From: Octopus sinensis
Lineage: Eukaryota
Assembly (NCBI RefSeq): GCF_006345805.1
Contig: NC_043006.1
Span: 60,264,001-60,328,000 of the forward strand
DNA length: 64,000 nucleotides
Reading direction: 5' to 3'
Every line of letters starts with the position of its first letter. The first letter of the stretch is position 1. The notes under the pieces were generated by a model. That model saw only the letters and a program-made list of their open reading frames with translations, had not been told where the DNA came from and searched no databases. The translations under genes were made by a program, and so were the position numbers. Shown piece by piece: positions 1 through 11,527 of this stretch.

Positions 1-652
1 CCATGACTTTCGGAAACATTTTTTCACGCTCAGAGTTGCTGAAGCATGGAATAAACTGCCTGCGTCAGTTGTTGACTGCCATGACACTGCATCCTTTAAG
101 GCCCTCATGCTTTCCGAAATCCGCCGAAACTACACCTGATTATATATACACTTTAGATGAGTTGTAGTGCACCTGAGCACTGTACACAATTATTATTATT
201 ATTATTATTATTATTACTTACCGTTGCTCTATTTTAATTTACCTCTCTCCCTTTCTCTCTCTCTCTCACTCTCTCTCTATCCAACATTTCCTCTGCTTTT
301 CCTGTCACCTGCTTCTGCTGATCACCACTCTTTTCTATCGCCCTTTGCGTCCAATTATATTTAGATTATATTTAGATGAAGGTCATTTTATTATTCTCCC
401 CGTGCACTAGAACTCTTCCTCTTTCAAGAGGAAAGGCACCATCCTTTATACTCTGTATCTACTTGTTTTCTACAAGTTTTATATTTCCCCTCTGTGCGTT
501 TTCAGTGGCAAAACCTGATTTCATTTCGTTCAAACTGGTAATTTCCAGACTAATCATCGAAACGGTTCCTAACCGCCGAAATCGTGTAACTCTTGCAGCA
601 TTATAGACCCTTGGGCAAATCACTGCACATGGCTCTATAGTATTTATTTATT
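1..652 (+). mobile_element. 3' end of CR1-type LINE (end of RT ORF, stop at 137-139, then 3' UTR and (ATTT)n tail)
   Basis: Matches the 3' part of the YADD-containing ORF at 23197-24015 (ends SEIRRNYT*). UTR carries (TTA)n and (CT)n and ends tatttatttatt at 641-652. Confidence 0.85.
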
Positions 653-845
653 GACAGCAAGCCACGTCATACAAAGATTAGAATTGGACCCTTAGACCTA
701 TGAGGCTCCTAGACAACTGCGTATTGTGCCGATGCTTTGAAGTAGCACTGGACTCTGTATTAAAAACGTCGGCTGATGAAATGGGTTTATATGTATGTCT
801 GTCTTTTCTTCTCTCCTTTGATTGTCGTACATGACATGGTAAGAA

Positions 846-1079
846 GGCGGCGGATTGGCAGAATCGTTAGCACGCCGGCGAAATGCGTAGCCGTATTTCG
901 TCTGCTGTTACGTCCTGAGTTCAAATTCCGCCGAGGTCGACTTTGCCTTTCATCCTTTCGAGGTCGATAAATTAAGTACCAGTTACGCACTGGGGTCGAT
1001 GTAATCGACTTAATCTGTTTGTCTGTCCTTGTTTGTCCTGTCTGTGTTTAGCCCCTTGTGGGTAGTAAAGAAATAGGTA
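846..1079 (+). mobile_element. tRNA-derived SINE, family alpha (GGCGGCG... head)
   Basis: A box tggcagaatcgttag, B box gagttcaaattcc, central gtcgactttgcctttcatcctttcg...gtcgataaa..aagtaccag, tail cccttgtggg..gtaaagaaatagg. Many copies in the window. Confidence 0.85.
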
Positions 1080-1138
1080 AGCATTCAAACAGTATACGCA
1101 TATACACACACGTATTCATATACACAAGTACGCACACA

Positions 1139-1186
<48 letters not shown>

Positions 1187-1745
1187 TAGATAGATAGATA
1201 GATATATATATAGAGAGAGTGTGTGTATATATGTACGTATGTGTATACATATGAATATATGGATATGCAAGTTATTCATAAGAAATAAAGACACGGGTCG
1301 AAGAACCCGAATTCTATTAAAACCCCGGGGGAACAACATCACCACGACGACTATTATTATCACTGCTGCTGGTTACTCGACGGCTACAGCCACTCTTATA
1401 GAAAACAAGTCTTGACGACACTTTTTAATTTACCAAAACAGATAGTAGCAATTTGCCGTCACAGACAGTTCAATTGTCATGCCACGAAAATTGACGGAAA
1501 CTACCACGTGCTCTTGCAGAAAAAGGAAAGTAAACTATGAATGGTAATTTTAATTTTAACTTTATTTTATTAATAGCTCTTTCCTCTCTACATATTCCAT
1601 TTTAGTACATATTTTTGAAAAGGTTGTTCAAAAATCGAAACATGTAAAACAAATCTAAAACATTCTTCTTTTAATGTATTTATATAAAGGAAAATTAAAA
1701 TGTGCCCAATTTTTGAAAGTAGCATTTTAGTTCTTTTTCATAAAT

Positions 1746-2149
1746 CTGTGTGGTAAGTATCTTGCTTACCAACCACATGGTTCCGGGTTCAGTCCCACTC
1801 GTGGCACCTTGGGCACGTGTCTTCTGCTATAGCCTCGGGCCGACCAAAGCCTTGTGAGTAGATTTGGTAGACGGAAACTGAAAGAAGCCCGTCGTATATA
1901 TGTATATATATATGTATGTGTGTGTATATGTTTGTGTCTGTGTTTGTCCTCCCAACATCGCTTCACAGCCGATGTTGGTGTGTTTACGTCCCCGTAACAT
2001 AGCGGTTCGGCAAAAGAGACCACTAGAATAAGTACTAGGATTCCAAAGAATAAGTCCTGGGGTCAATTTGGTCGACTAAAGGCGGTACTCCAGCATAGCG
2101 GCAATCAAATCACTGAAACAAGTAAAAGTAAAAAGTAAAATAAGTAAAA

Positions 2150-2150
<1 letters not shown>
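1746..2150 (+). mobile_element. tRNA-derived SINE, family beta (CORE-like, internal TA/CA microsatellite)
   Basis: B box gggttcagtccc, CORE-like gtggcaccttgggcacgtgtc, internal (TA/TG)n, tail ctgaaacaagtaaaagta. Multiple copies. Confidence 0.85.
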
Positions 2151-2193
<43 letters not shown>

Positions 2194-2295
2194 TCGGGGT
2201 GAGTACTTGATAATTGTAAGCACCTGTATATACCGTTTGGTGGTGTAGGTGGTGGAGTAAATTAATCAAAATAAAAACATGATGCCAAGGATTCA

Positions 2296-2373
2296 GCGGT
2301 ACATATGTTTCGGGCCTTTATTAGACGGATTTATAACAATGCATAATGTATGTCTGTGGCCTTCTTCAGCCGC
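2296..2373 (-). ncRNA. Type I hammerhead ribozyme (PLE family 2)
   Basis: Minus strand: GCGG CUGAAGA [51-nt stem II, AGGCC...GGCCC] GAAA C AUAU G UA^ CCGC. Stem I is 4 bp, loop III is palindromic AUAU, cleavage after GUA falls between 2300 and 2299. The first stem II pair is A-C rather than canonical R-Y. Confidence 0.8.
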
Positions 2374-4066
2374 GCACAACAACTTCCTCAAGGACATGTA
2401 TTACATCAAAAATTCTTGGTTGGGGATGCAAATCCTCTCATTCGCGTACGACATAATGCGGCAACAGCATAAAAATGAAGCGTCCATCTCGTTCTTCTCT
2501 CAATGTAGAATGAGGAAATTTGGATGTTGAAGTAATGTAAATAAATTAATAAATAAATATATACATATATAAATATATAAATGCAGACAGACGTGAAGGA
2601 ACCTGGTAATAAGAGTAAATAGAGATAAAGATGGAGGGGCGAGAATTCAGGACGAAGGATAAAAAATATATAAAAAGTGTAAGTATAGAAAAATATAAAA
2701 ATGTAGAGTATAAAGATATAAAGAGATATAAAAAATATAAAAAAATATATAAATGAATATAAAGGTATAAAGTTATAAAAATAAAGTTATAAAAATAAAA
2801 ATAGAAATAAAAATAATAAAAAAGTAACAGAATATAAGGATAAGGGATAAATAGTAGTTATGGACCAAACATGATGGACAGGGAAATGACACATTCTGGT
2901 TGTAGAAGTCTTGGGTGTCATAAATCAACAGGGGCGTCTGGGGACTTAGTGTATTGTAAATCAGAGTTGTTGAGCAGCTTATCTAGTTCCTCTAGTTCTT
3001 CGTAACGTATTAAGTGGTCATCTTGTACATACGTACCCGCATGGATACATACACCCATATACACGCGCACATATATGCACGCATACCCAGCCACAAGCAT
3101 ATAAGCATACATACGTACGCACGTGTAAACATATACAGATACACATATACACATACACACATGCGCATATATATATACACACACAACAGAATATGCATAT
3201 ATATACACGGACAATATACATGTACATATACATATACACACACACACACATACGTATATACATATATATATATATACACATACACATATGCATACATATA
3301 TATATGCACATGTATACATATACATACATACACATATACATACACACACGTATATATATATACTCACACCCATACCCACACACGCACATATATATGTGTG
3401 CATACATGCACACCCACGTGTGCATATATACACGCATACATACATACACACGGACCCACGCGCACGTATCCACACGCACACACACACACATCTGTGTGTC
3501 TATACGCGCGTGTGCGCATACACTTACATACACATACACAGATGCCCACACATACAGGTATAGAAATAAGATATTAAAAGATGTATAAAAATTAGAAATG
3601 AAGTATAAAAATTATAAAAACTATAAAAATTAAAATAAAGAATGAAAATAAAAATAAGAATAAAGGTAAAGCAAAATAAAATGGGATAAAATAAAATAAA
3701 AATATAATCGGGTAAAGCTTAACATGAGATGAAGGTAAAAATAAAAGGTGGTTGAAAGTGTAAAGTTAAAGGTGTGTGCTAAAGGTGACCACGTAGGGGC
3801 GGGCGGGGGGAACTGAAAATTGGAAGGGTGGGAAGCGGGGTTTGGTGGTGCGTGCTCAACATCAGAGTTAGAAATGGGAAAAGGTATAGATATAGGGAAA
3901 CAAAAAATCTAGATAGGGAGAATGTAGGTGTAGGAGAAGAAAAAACATATATGGGAGACAAAATGTGTATATATAGGAAAATATATATATAGGAAAACGG
4001 GATGCGCTGGAGCCGACAGGTTGCACCGGGTGGGGGGAAATTGCATGGGGGAGCTGGTATAATAGC

Positions 4067-4386
4067 CTAAGCTTTGTAGTATTTGAAAGTATTAATAAGT
4101 TTGTGTATACAGGATGGTTTGAACTCTGACCTTTTGTTAATAAGATTGTGTTTCTCCTTGAATTTCAAGATATTCAGGAGTTCTACACAACATAGTTGGC
4201 ATCCTGCTCTATTGTTTAAATAAGGTGCAGCTGATCCGGTGATGGACCACCTGAGTTTGAAACCTATGCTATTGTCTTTTAATTCCCAAATTTTTTTAGA
4301 AAGGGAGGTGCTGTTAGCTTTATGCCTATGCTTAAGCGAGGACCGGTGGTTGTAGTATCTAGATTTCCAGGAGGTCGAGCAACCTA
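4067..4386 (-). pseudogene. GIY-YIG endonuclease C-terminal fragment of Penelope-like element
   Basis: LGCSTSWKSRYYNH...NSTSLSKKIWELKD...W.I...APY...CQLC..E...I...LINKRSE...CIHK is the typical PLE endonuclease tail. Confidence 0.85.
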
Positions 4387-4434
4387 AACCAAGAATTTTT
4401 GATGTAATACATGTCTTTGTGGAAGTTGTTGTGC

Positions 4435-4503
4435 GCGGCTGAAGAAGGCCACAGACATACATTATGCATTGTTATAAATCCGTCTAATAAAGGCCCGAAA
4501 CAT
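4435..4503 (+). ncRNA. Damaged inverted copy of family-2 hammerhead
   Basis: gcggCTGAAGA...ggcccGAAAcat is present, but 23 nt holding the cleavage site and 3' stem I are deleted relative to 28472-28549 (cat microhomology). Confidence 0.7.
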
Positions 4504-4522
4504 CATGTTTTTATTTTGATTA

Positions 4523-4585
<63 letters not shown>

Positions 4586-4749
4586 TAAGGACAAAAGAAA
4601 AAATTTCTAATGCCAAAATATGCCGAAAATAGACAACGTCGATAACCATATAATTATCACTAACAAGCACGTATTGCGAAGAAAGCTAATAGAAATTTCT
4701 AAAAAATCCTGTTATTACCATGTATATACACATATATATATATATACTC

Positions 4750-4975
4750 TTTTACTCTTTACTCTTTACTTGTTTCAGTCATTTTGACTGCGGCCATGCT
4801 GGAGCACCGCCTTTAGTCGAACAAATCGACCCCGGGACAATTCTTTGTAAGCCCACTACTTATTCTATCGGTCTCTTTTGCGAACCGCTAAGAGACGGGG
4901 ACGTAAACACACCAGCATCGGTGTCAAGCAATGCTAGGGGACAAACACAGACACACAAACACACAACACATATAT
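4750..4975 (-). mobile_element. SINE beta, 3' half
   Basis: Reverse complement of the SINE beta 3' part (ttttacttgtttcagtc...gctggagcaccgcctttagtcg). Confidence 0.8.
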
Positions 4976-5198
4976 ATAGTATTGCTGTCTATAAACACAT
5001 TGATTAAAACGTGATGATAATGAAGAACTTATTTAACCACCACCTTGTGAAACACCTCTGATACTATTGTTTTTTATCGTAAGAAGGCCCCAACCTATTT
5101 ATGAATAGTTTATTTTTAGGAAGAAACCATTAATGAGAAATTAAAACTACCTATTTTTGATGTTTTTTTTGCTGTTTCTAAATACGGAATTTGTAAAG

Positions 5199-5253
5199 CC
5201 AATTAATTCCACGATGTATGCAGCTGATCACGTTTATTGCGGCCTATATAAAG
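5199..5253 (+). promoter_or_regulatory. Core promoter of Cys-rich gene copy A (CCAAT + TATA)
   Basis: CCAAT at 5199-5203 and TATATAAAG at 5245-5253, ~107 nt upstream of ATG 5352. Conserved in all three units. Confidence 0.7.
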
Positions 5254-5351
5254 CGTACGTTCGAGACGTTTGTCAAACTCATCCTTGTTTCGGTAAACAA
5301 CAGTCACCAGTCTACAAGAGGCAGAAAGAAAAGATAAACCAACTGGCCAAC

Positions 5352-5407
5352 ATGCTGCGACTATTGCACTAGTAACAGTAGCTATTTCTTATGTGAACAC
5401 TACAACA
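5352..5407 (+). CDS. Exon 1 (signal peptide) of Cys-rich gene copy A; two 1-nt deletions as assembled
   Basis: Homologous to the intact 58-nt exon at 29385-29442. Donor GTAAGT at 5408. Deletions in CTA and AGC codons give TAG at codon 7. Confidence 0.75.
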
Positions 5408-5589
5408 GTAAGTAAATTACACCGCTATTCATAATTCATTTCTTTCTTATTTTAAAGTTATTTCGTTCAATTTATCAACAGTAGTGTTATTACAACTAAC
5501 TTATCCATGCATGTTATTTAAAATATCGGTGCTACCTAAGACATTTTTCAGTTTTGGCTCTAATTTCTATAGAAAATCTAGAGATAACA

Positions 5590-5637
<48 letters not shown>

Positions 5638-7139
5638 ACATATATGCATGCATGTATGTATGTATATGTATACATATACATCTATACCTAACTCTCTATA
5701 TTTATATAACCACAATGGGTTAGAGCCCACACCGTCGCTCCAAATACGTGGCTTCACTACTACCGAGGATCTCCCCTGGTTTCTGAAAAAGGTACATCCT
5801 TAGCATCTATAGGATCGCTTTCAAAGTCTAGCCCTTCTGTTAGGAACCAGAATACACTTTAGTATCCAGCAGGTGGTGATTACTTGAAACCCACCATAAG
5901 TACTATGCCGCAAGTAAAACAGTGGGACCACGCAAGTAAAACAGTGGGACCACTTTGCGTGATGACATATTGGACGCATCGAGACAAAGACCATTGATTA
6001 GAATTCAGTCACTAATGAGTACACTCCAATATCTGGCGCACGGGTGCGCGCGTGTCCTTCTCTGTCTTTTCAATCGCTATTCTAATGGCCTCTGTTTCTG
6101 GGGACTGGGTGTCTCGTACTACCACCACCCAGGCACAATCGACCCACTCATCTCTGCAACAATTTTGAAGAGCAGGAGTTAGTTGATACCATAGATCCCA
6201 TTACTTGACTGGCGGGTATACTGGGCTTCATATATTTTACCCCAGTTTAACTTTGATGGCAAGCACAGCTCTGTCATTCAGTAATAATCGATCTCAGAGA
6301 GATGAACAACAAAGTTGATTTCGACGAGAGGCGAACTCAGCAATAAAACACAATTTTGGAACGGGATACAGCCTATTCCATAAAAAAAACGTGAGGTCGC
6401 CTGTTTCTACCGGTGATCTATCACTTTCGAAAAGCATAAATAACAGTTTTAGGTAGAAAAATGAAATTAGATGGAAAAATTATTCAAAGAATTACGTTAT
6501 CTTTTATCTACCGCCGTGCTTTTGGCGTATATCAGCAAAATTCCACATTTTTCCTTGCTCCACCTTTGGTGCCTCCACTCTGTCTTTATTTCTTTTCATT
6601 TTAGTCAATGTCGATGCTTCATTTTCATGCTATTGTCTCTCTCCACAACCCAACTCCTCTTCTTCTGGTATAGTTTGTAAACTCGTTTCTGTCACCTCCT
6701 TATCACCTTCCTCCTCAAGCTCCTTCTCCTTCTCTTTTTTCTTTTTCTGCCTTCTCGTTCTTTTCTTTTTCACTTATTTACTACTGTGAACGCCTCTTCT
6801 GTTATACTACCTATTTCTTTACTACCGCCGCATCTTTGTTACTACCGTCCTCTTACACCCTCTAGCACCACTTCGTCTTCTTCTCTCTTATTCTCAGGCT
6901 ATTCCATCCGTTGCTCCTCCTCTTTTTGGACACCTTGCCTTCATGTGGTCTTTCTCCCCAAATACATAGCATATAGGAAGCATACCCTCCACACTACTTT
7001 CAGCCTCACATCTCTAGTAAAAATTATTTCCTCTGTAATTTTGTTAAGTCATTTAATCTTGCTTGTACGGCCATCTCTATGTATATATATAGATATATAT
7101 ATATATACTAGCTGAAGGTGACCCGCTATACGCGCGGGT

Positions 7140-7482
7140 GGTAAGTGGGGGTGTTACTTTCTGTTGCTTCCTTCAGCACGTAAAAAGCACCATCCGAACG
7201 TGGCCGATTGCAGCACCGCCTTGACTTGCTTCTGTGCCGGGGCACGTAAAAAGCACCAACCGATCGTGCCACTGCGAGAACCCTGGCACCAGTGCGGCGG
7301 CACGAAAAAAGCACTCACTACACTCACAGAGTGGTTGGCGTTAGGAAGGTCATCCACTGTAGAAACACTGCCAGATCAGACTGGAGCCTGGTGCAGCCTC
7401 CTGGCTTCCGAGACCCTGGTCACACTTGCCCAACCCGTGCTAGCACGGAAAACGGACGTTAAACGATGATGATGATGATGAT
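7140..7482 (+). mobile_element. Retroposon 3' end with (GAT)n tail (RTE-related, inferred), inside the Helitron
   Basis: ggttggcgttaggaagg.catcc...gctagcacggaaaacggacgttaaac(gat)6, with three ggcacg.aaaaagcac repeats upstream. Confidence 0.55.
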
Positions 7483-8278
7483 TCTCCGTATTTGTTTCTC
7501 TCTCACTTTCCCACTCTCTTACTTTTCTTTTCTCTCGGACTCTCCCTCGCTTTCTCTTACTCTCTATCTTTATCTATCTCTCTCCAACAGAAGATCTTGA
7601 GTAAGTTGAGAAATAAAATATTTAGAAAGATCAATCAGAAATATGAGGCAGTGGCAATGGAAAGGTCTGCTTCAAGGCAGACAGCAAAACGCTAACATTT
7701 AAAAGGGACAGACGAACTTGCGAGCTGAATAAAAATAATAAAATATTGGAAACCAAAGTTTGAAGGGATAGAATCTGAGGATAGTAGAGTCACCATGGCT
7801 GGCATTTGTTAACGACGGACAGCAACGTAGTGACAGTTTAACGGCTGGCGTAAAATTTGGAACTTGATGCAAAAGAAAAATCGTAAACACCAAGTTTTGA
7901 AGCGATTCTTTCTCACGACAGTAGACTCACCATGGCAAGCATTCAAAACTTCTTTATCATGGACGGCAACACATTGACGATTAAAAGGCTGGCACAAATT
8001 TTTAGCTTGATGTAACAGAGAATTCCTAAAACACCCGCTCCTTGAAATTTTCATCCCCTTCAGCCCCATTTAGACCCCTTTTCACATTTTGGTTAATATA
8101 ACCCGATTTCGTTCGGGTCTACTGGGGCCACATTTTATAAGATGAGGAATTTTGTCCTGGAGGTGACGCCTTTCATTTGAGGAACAAAATAGTTGTCATG
8201 CAAACTTGTCAGCACCGTTAACATAGGTGTGCATATTTTGAGCTGAATCGACCGACTACGTAATGCACACATTATATA

Positions 8279-8326
<48 letters not shown>

Positions 8327-8469
8327 CACGCATTATATATACAAATGTATACAAATGAGATATATATCTGTATAAATTAAATTAGAGATAAAACCACTAA
8401 TAGGCAAATCAAACAGTGAAAAACCAAAAACAAAAACATAAAAAAAGAAAATATAACATAGAAAATATA

Positions 8470-9482
8470 TCTATATATATAAAACTGTAGTTGTGTGAGT
8501 GTGTGTCACCTACGATTTAGATTCCTAACTACTCCCACATTTTGCGATGCAGTTTAACCAAATTCGGGTATCTTATAGTCGTGATTCATATCGAGCCCGT
8601 CTGGCTATTAGCGCGCGTCTACGATGAGTCTACGATTTTAAAAATAATTTAACATCATTTTTTATTCCATTTTAATGCATATTTTCTCGTGTGTCGATGG
8701 CGGCGGAGTTGGCGTCCACGCTCACGCCTGCACCTGTGTTGCTTCTCCCCCTTCTTCCCTCCCTCGTGAAGCTGTGGGGAAGGGAGTGTAAGGAAATCAA
8801 CGTCGTAATGCGTTGTCAAGGAGACCAGCGTTCTTTTAGAACACCGACTTCATGGCTTGAAGTCGCCCCAAAACAGAAATCGCTAAAAAATCTGAAACGG
8901 ATCCACAAAAACGGCAAAAACCGCCACACAGGGCAGGTTTCCTGTGCAAACAATTTGCACAACCGTATGTTTTAGTTGTTGCACAAATTTTATATATAAA
9001 AGTAAGGTTGTGTGTCTGTCTCCTACGATTTAGATTCCTACTACTCCACATTTTGCGGTGCAGTGTAACCAAAACCGGGTATCTTATAGTCGTGATTCAT
9101 ATCGAGCCCTTCTGGGTATTAGCGCGCGTCTACGATGAGTCTACGATTTAAAAAAAAATTACCATCATTTTTATTCCATTTTAATGCATTTCGCAATTAT
9201 ATAAGGGAAGAAGTAACTCTCTAAAATGTCTACGATGAGTCAACGATTAAAAAAAAAATGACCATCATTTTTATCCATTTTAATGCATTTTTCGCTATTA
9301 TATAAGGGAAGTAACTCTCTAAAAATGTCTTACGATGAGTCAACGATTATAAAAAAAATTTACTATAATTTTTTATTCCATTATTAATGCATTTTTTGCT
9401 ATTTTTTTGCTATAAACTCACTAAAAAGCTTATATAGTTATTTCCCTTACAAATCCGAGCAACGCCCGGGCGATACTGCTAG
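8470..9482 (+). mobile_element. 1.0-kb non-autonomous Helitron nested in the 3.0-kb Helitron
   Basis: A^TCTATATATATAAAACTG at 8470; 3' ccgagcaacgcccgg hairpin plus CTAG^T at 9479-9483; internal tandem repeats. Confidence 0.82.
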
Positions 9483-9664
9483 TAAATATAAAATTGAAAA
9501 CTTTAAATTATTTAATTGAATAAAAAATTATTAAATTATATTTATAATTTGTTTAAAAAAATATATATAACTATGAAAAAGTTAAATATACATAAATACA
9601 GATATATACACTTGTATATATACTTATATACATATTTATATATAGAAAACACACACACACACAG

Positions 9665-9710
<46 letters not shown>

Positions 9711-10118
9711 AATGAACGCAAGAATATCTGATTCATAATATTTGTTCTCATGCTCGTGTGTTGTTTGTTGGTGACAGACATATACTTAAAAGAACGTCGC
9801 CGAAGTGATAGGAAGGTAGGAAACAGAGTCAGTGAAAAAGAAAGGAAATAGCGATAGTGACAGATACTTTAAATAACTGTAGTGGACTTCTGAAAGTTAT
9901 GAAGAGGAGTGACAGAGTACTGGAGGAAATAGGGTGAGGTAGGAAGATGGCCCCTAGCAACCACACCTTTTAAGATAAGGATTTCTAAGGTAGCCCACGC
10001 GCATCGTCACCTCATTCTACATGTCCCTGTAAATTTTGGAGCGAATCGGACGGGATGTAGTGGCATTGAAAGTGATCCAAGCGGTAAAAACGCATTTCAG
10101 TTTTATATATAGAGATAT

Positions 10119-10173
<55 letters not shown>

Positions 10174-10211
10174 TATAGGTATATATATATATATATATAC
10201 ATATATATAGG

Positions 10212-10273
<62 letters not shown>

Positions 10274-10927
10274 TATAGGTATATATATATATATATATAT
10301 ACATATAAATATAATATATATATATATATATATACATATTTTCACATACATAAATAAAGTATAATAAAGCAGTAATTAAAACATGATATCGTTTAAAGAA
10401 GTAGGATATGAAAGATATTCCGATCCCGTTCGCTAAAACTATTTTACAAGCGACCGAATACAGCAGTGAACATTTTTGAGATATTTAAGGTTAAAAAATA
10501 GCAACGTCTTGAGGATATTCTTTTTCAAGTTGGATATAATGTCTTAATGTTAATTTTGCTAGTAATATTTTACATGTTAATTACTTTATGTAACTTATTG
10601 TTTTTGTATGATTCTAATTTCTTTGAGGAGGTCGGTACTCCATAGATGCGTAATTTTGTCAGTTGGTTATCTGTTTATTTTCCTGAGAGGAGATTTCAAT
10701 GCTGGTTAAAAGGAATTGATCCTTCTTACCTGTTTTCTTTGTGTCTCGGTATGGTTCTATGGTGTTTGTAAGGTCAGTCGGACTAGCACGTATACTTCGA
10801 CGCTTCCTGACCACATATTACCTTTTGTTAAATCTGCCTCGATTACTCTCCCATACTGATACAGGATGTTTCGAACCGATCGTTGTAAGTAAGAAAGTTT
10901 CCCTTGTGTTGCATTTTCTATCACTTG

Positions 10928-10966
<39 letters not shown>

Positions 10967-10972
10967 AATGTG

Positions 10973-11035
<63 letters not shown>

Positions 11036-11527
11036 GTATATATATATATAGATATATAGATATATATATATATACATATATATATATACACGTACATATA
11101 TAGTGATAAACAGAAAGATAGATGGAGATGCAGACGAGTTATTGCAACTTTATACTCTACGCGCGTACTGAGTTCTTTATCTCCTAGAATTTAGCCACAA
11201 CTATAACTATATATATATATATATATATATACACGTATGTATAGTTATGCGTGTTTTATTAGCCTGTATGTGTGTGCGTCAACATAACAATAAAGTTCTC
11301 ATCATCACGATATCTGAAAACTGGTTTTCGGATACATACTGCAAAGTATCTGTATATTTCGGGCTGTACATTCCAACCATTTCTAAAGAATTATGTCGCT
11401 CGATATTATTCTTTGAGAATTTATAGATATATCATAATCACATACTTACGCTAGAATATATAACATGTTCTTCTTTCAGGAACATTGTAGTTGTTGATTG
11501 AAATAATTATTGTTTCTCTTCTTACAG

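Larger units (their letters stand above)
2190..4527 (-). mobile_element. 5'-truncated Penelope-like element (family 2) with inverted terminal pLTR copy
   Basis: Read on the minus strand: inverted pLTR (4527-4387), GIY-YIG C-terminus (4386-4067), long microsatellite-rich 3' UTR, then hammerhead-bearing end (2421-2190). (TA)n lies on both flanks. Confidence 0.8.
7108..10115 (-). mobile_element. 3.0-kb non-autonomous Helitron, private to unit A, in intron 1
   Basis: Minus strand: 5' TCTCTATATATAAAACTG at 10115; 3' hairpin ACCCGC..GCGGGT (7121-7139) plus CTAG (7111-7108); sits between A and T inside (TA)n. Absent at the homologous site of B and C. Confidence 0.85.

Noticed and set aside
846-930. 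tRNA genes at A/B-box motifs
   Set aside because: They continue into SINE bodies and tails, occur in many diverged copies and lack a complete cloverleaf.
8101-8145. Hairpin acccgatttcgttcgggt as another Helitron end
   Set aside because: No CTRR at the expected distance and no matching partner terminus found.
11467-11527. Extra micro-exon after ttcttctttcAG (11479)
   Set aside because: All three frames hit stops before the main exon, candidate donors give the wrong phase, and the intron would be ~40 nt.
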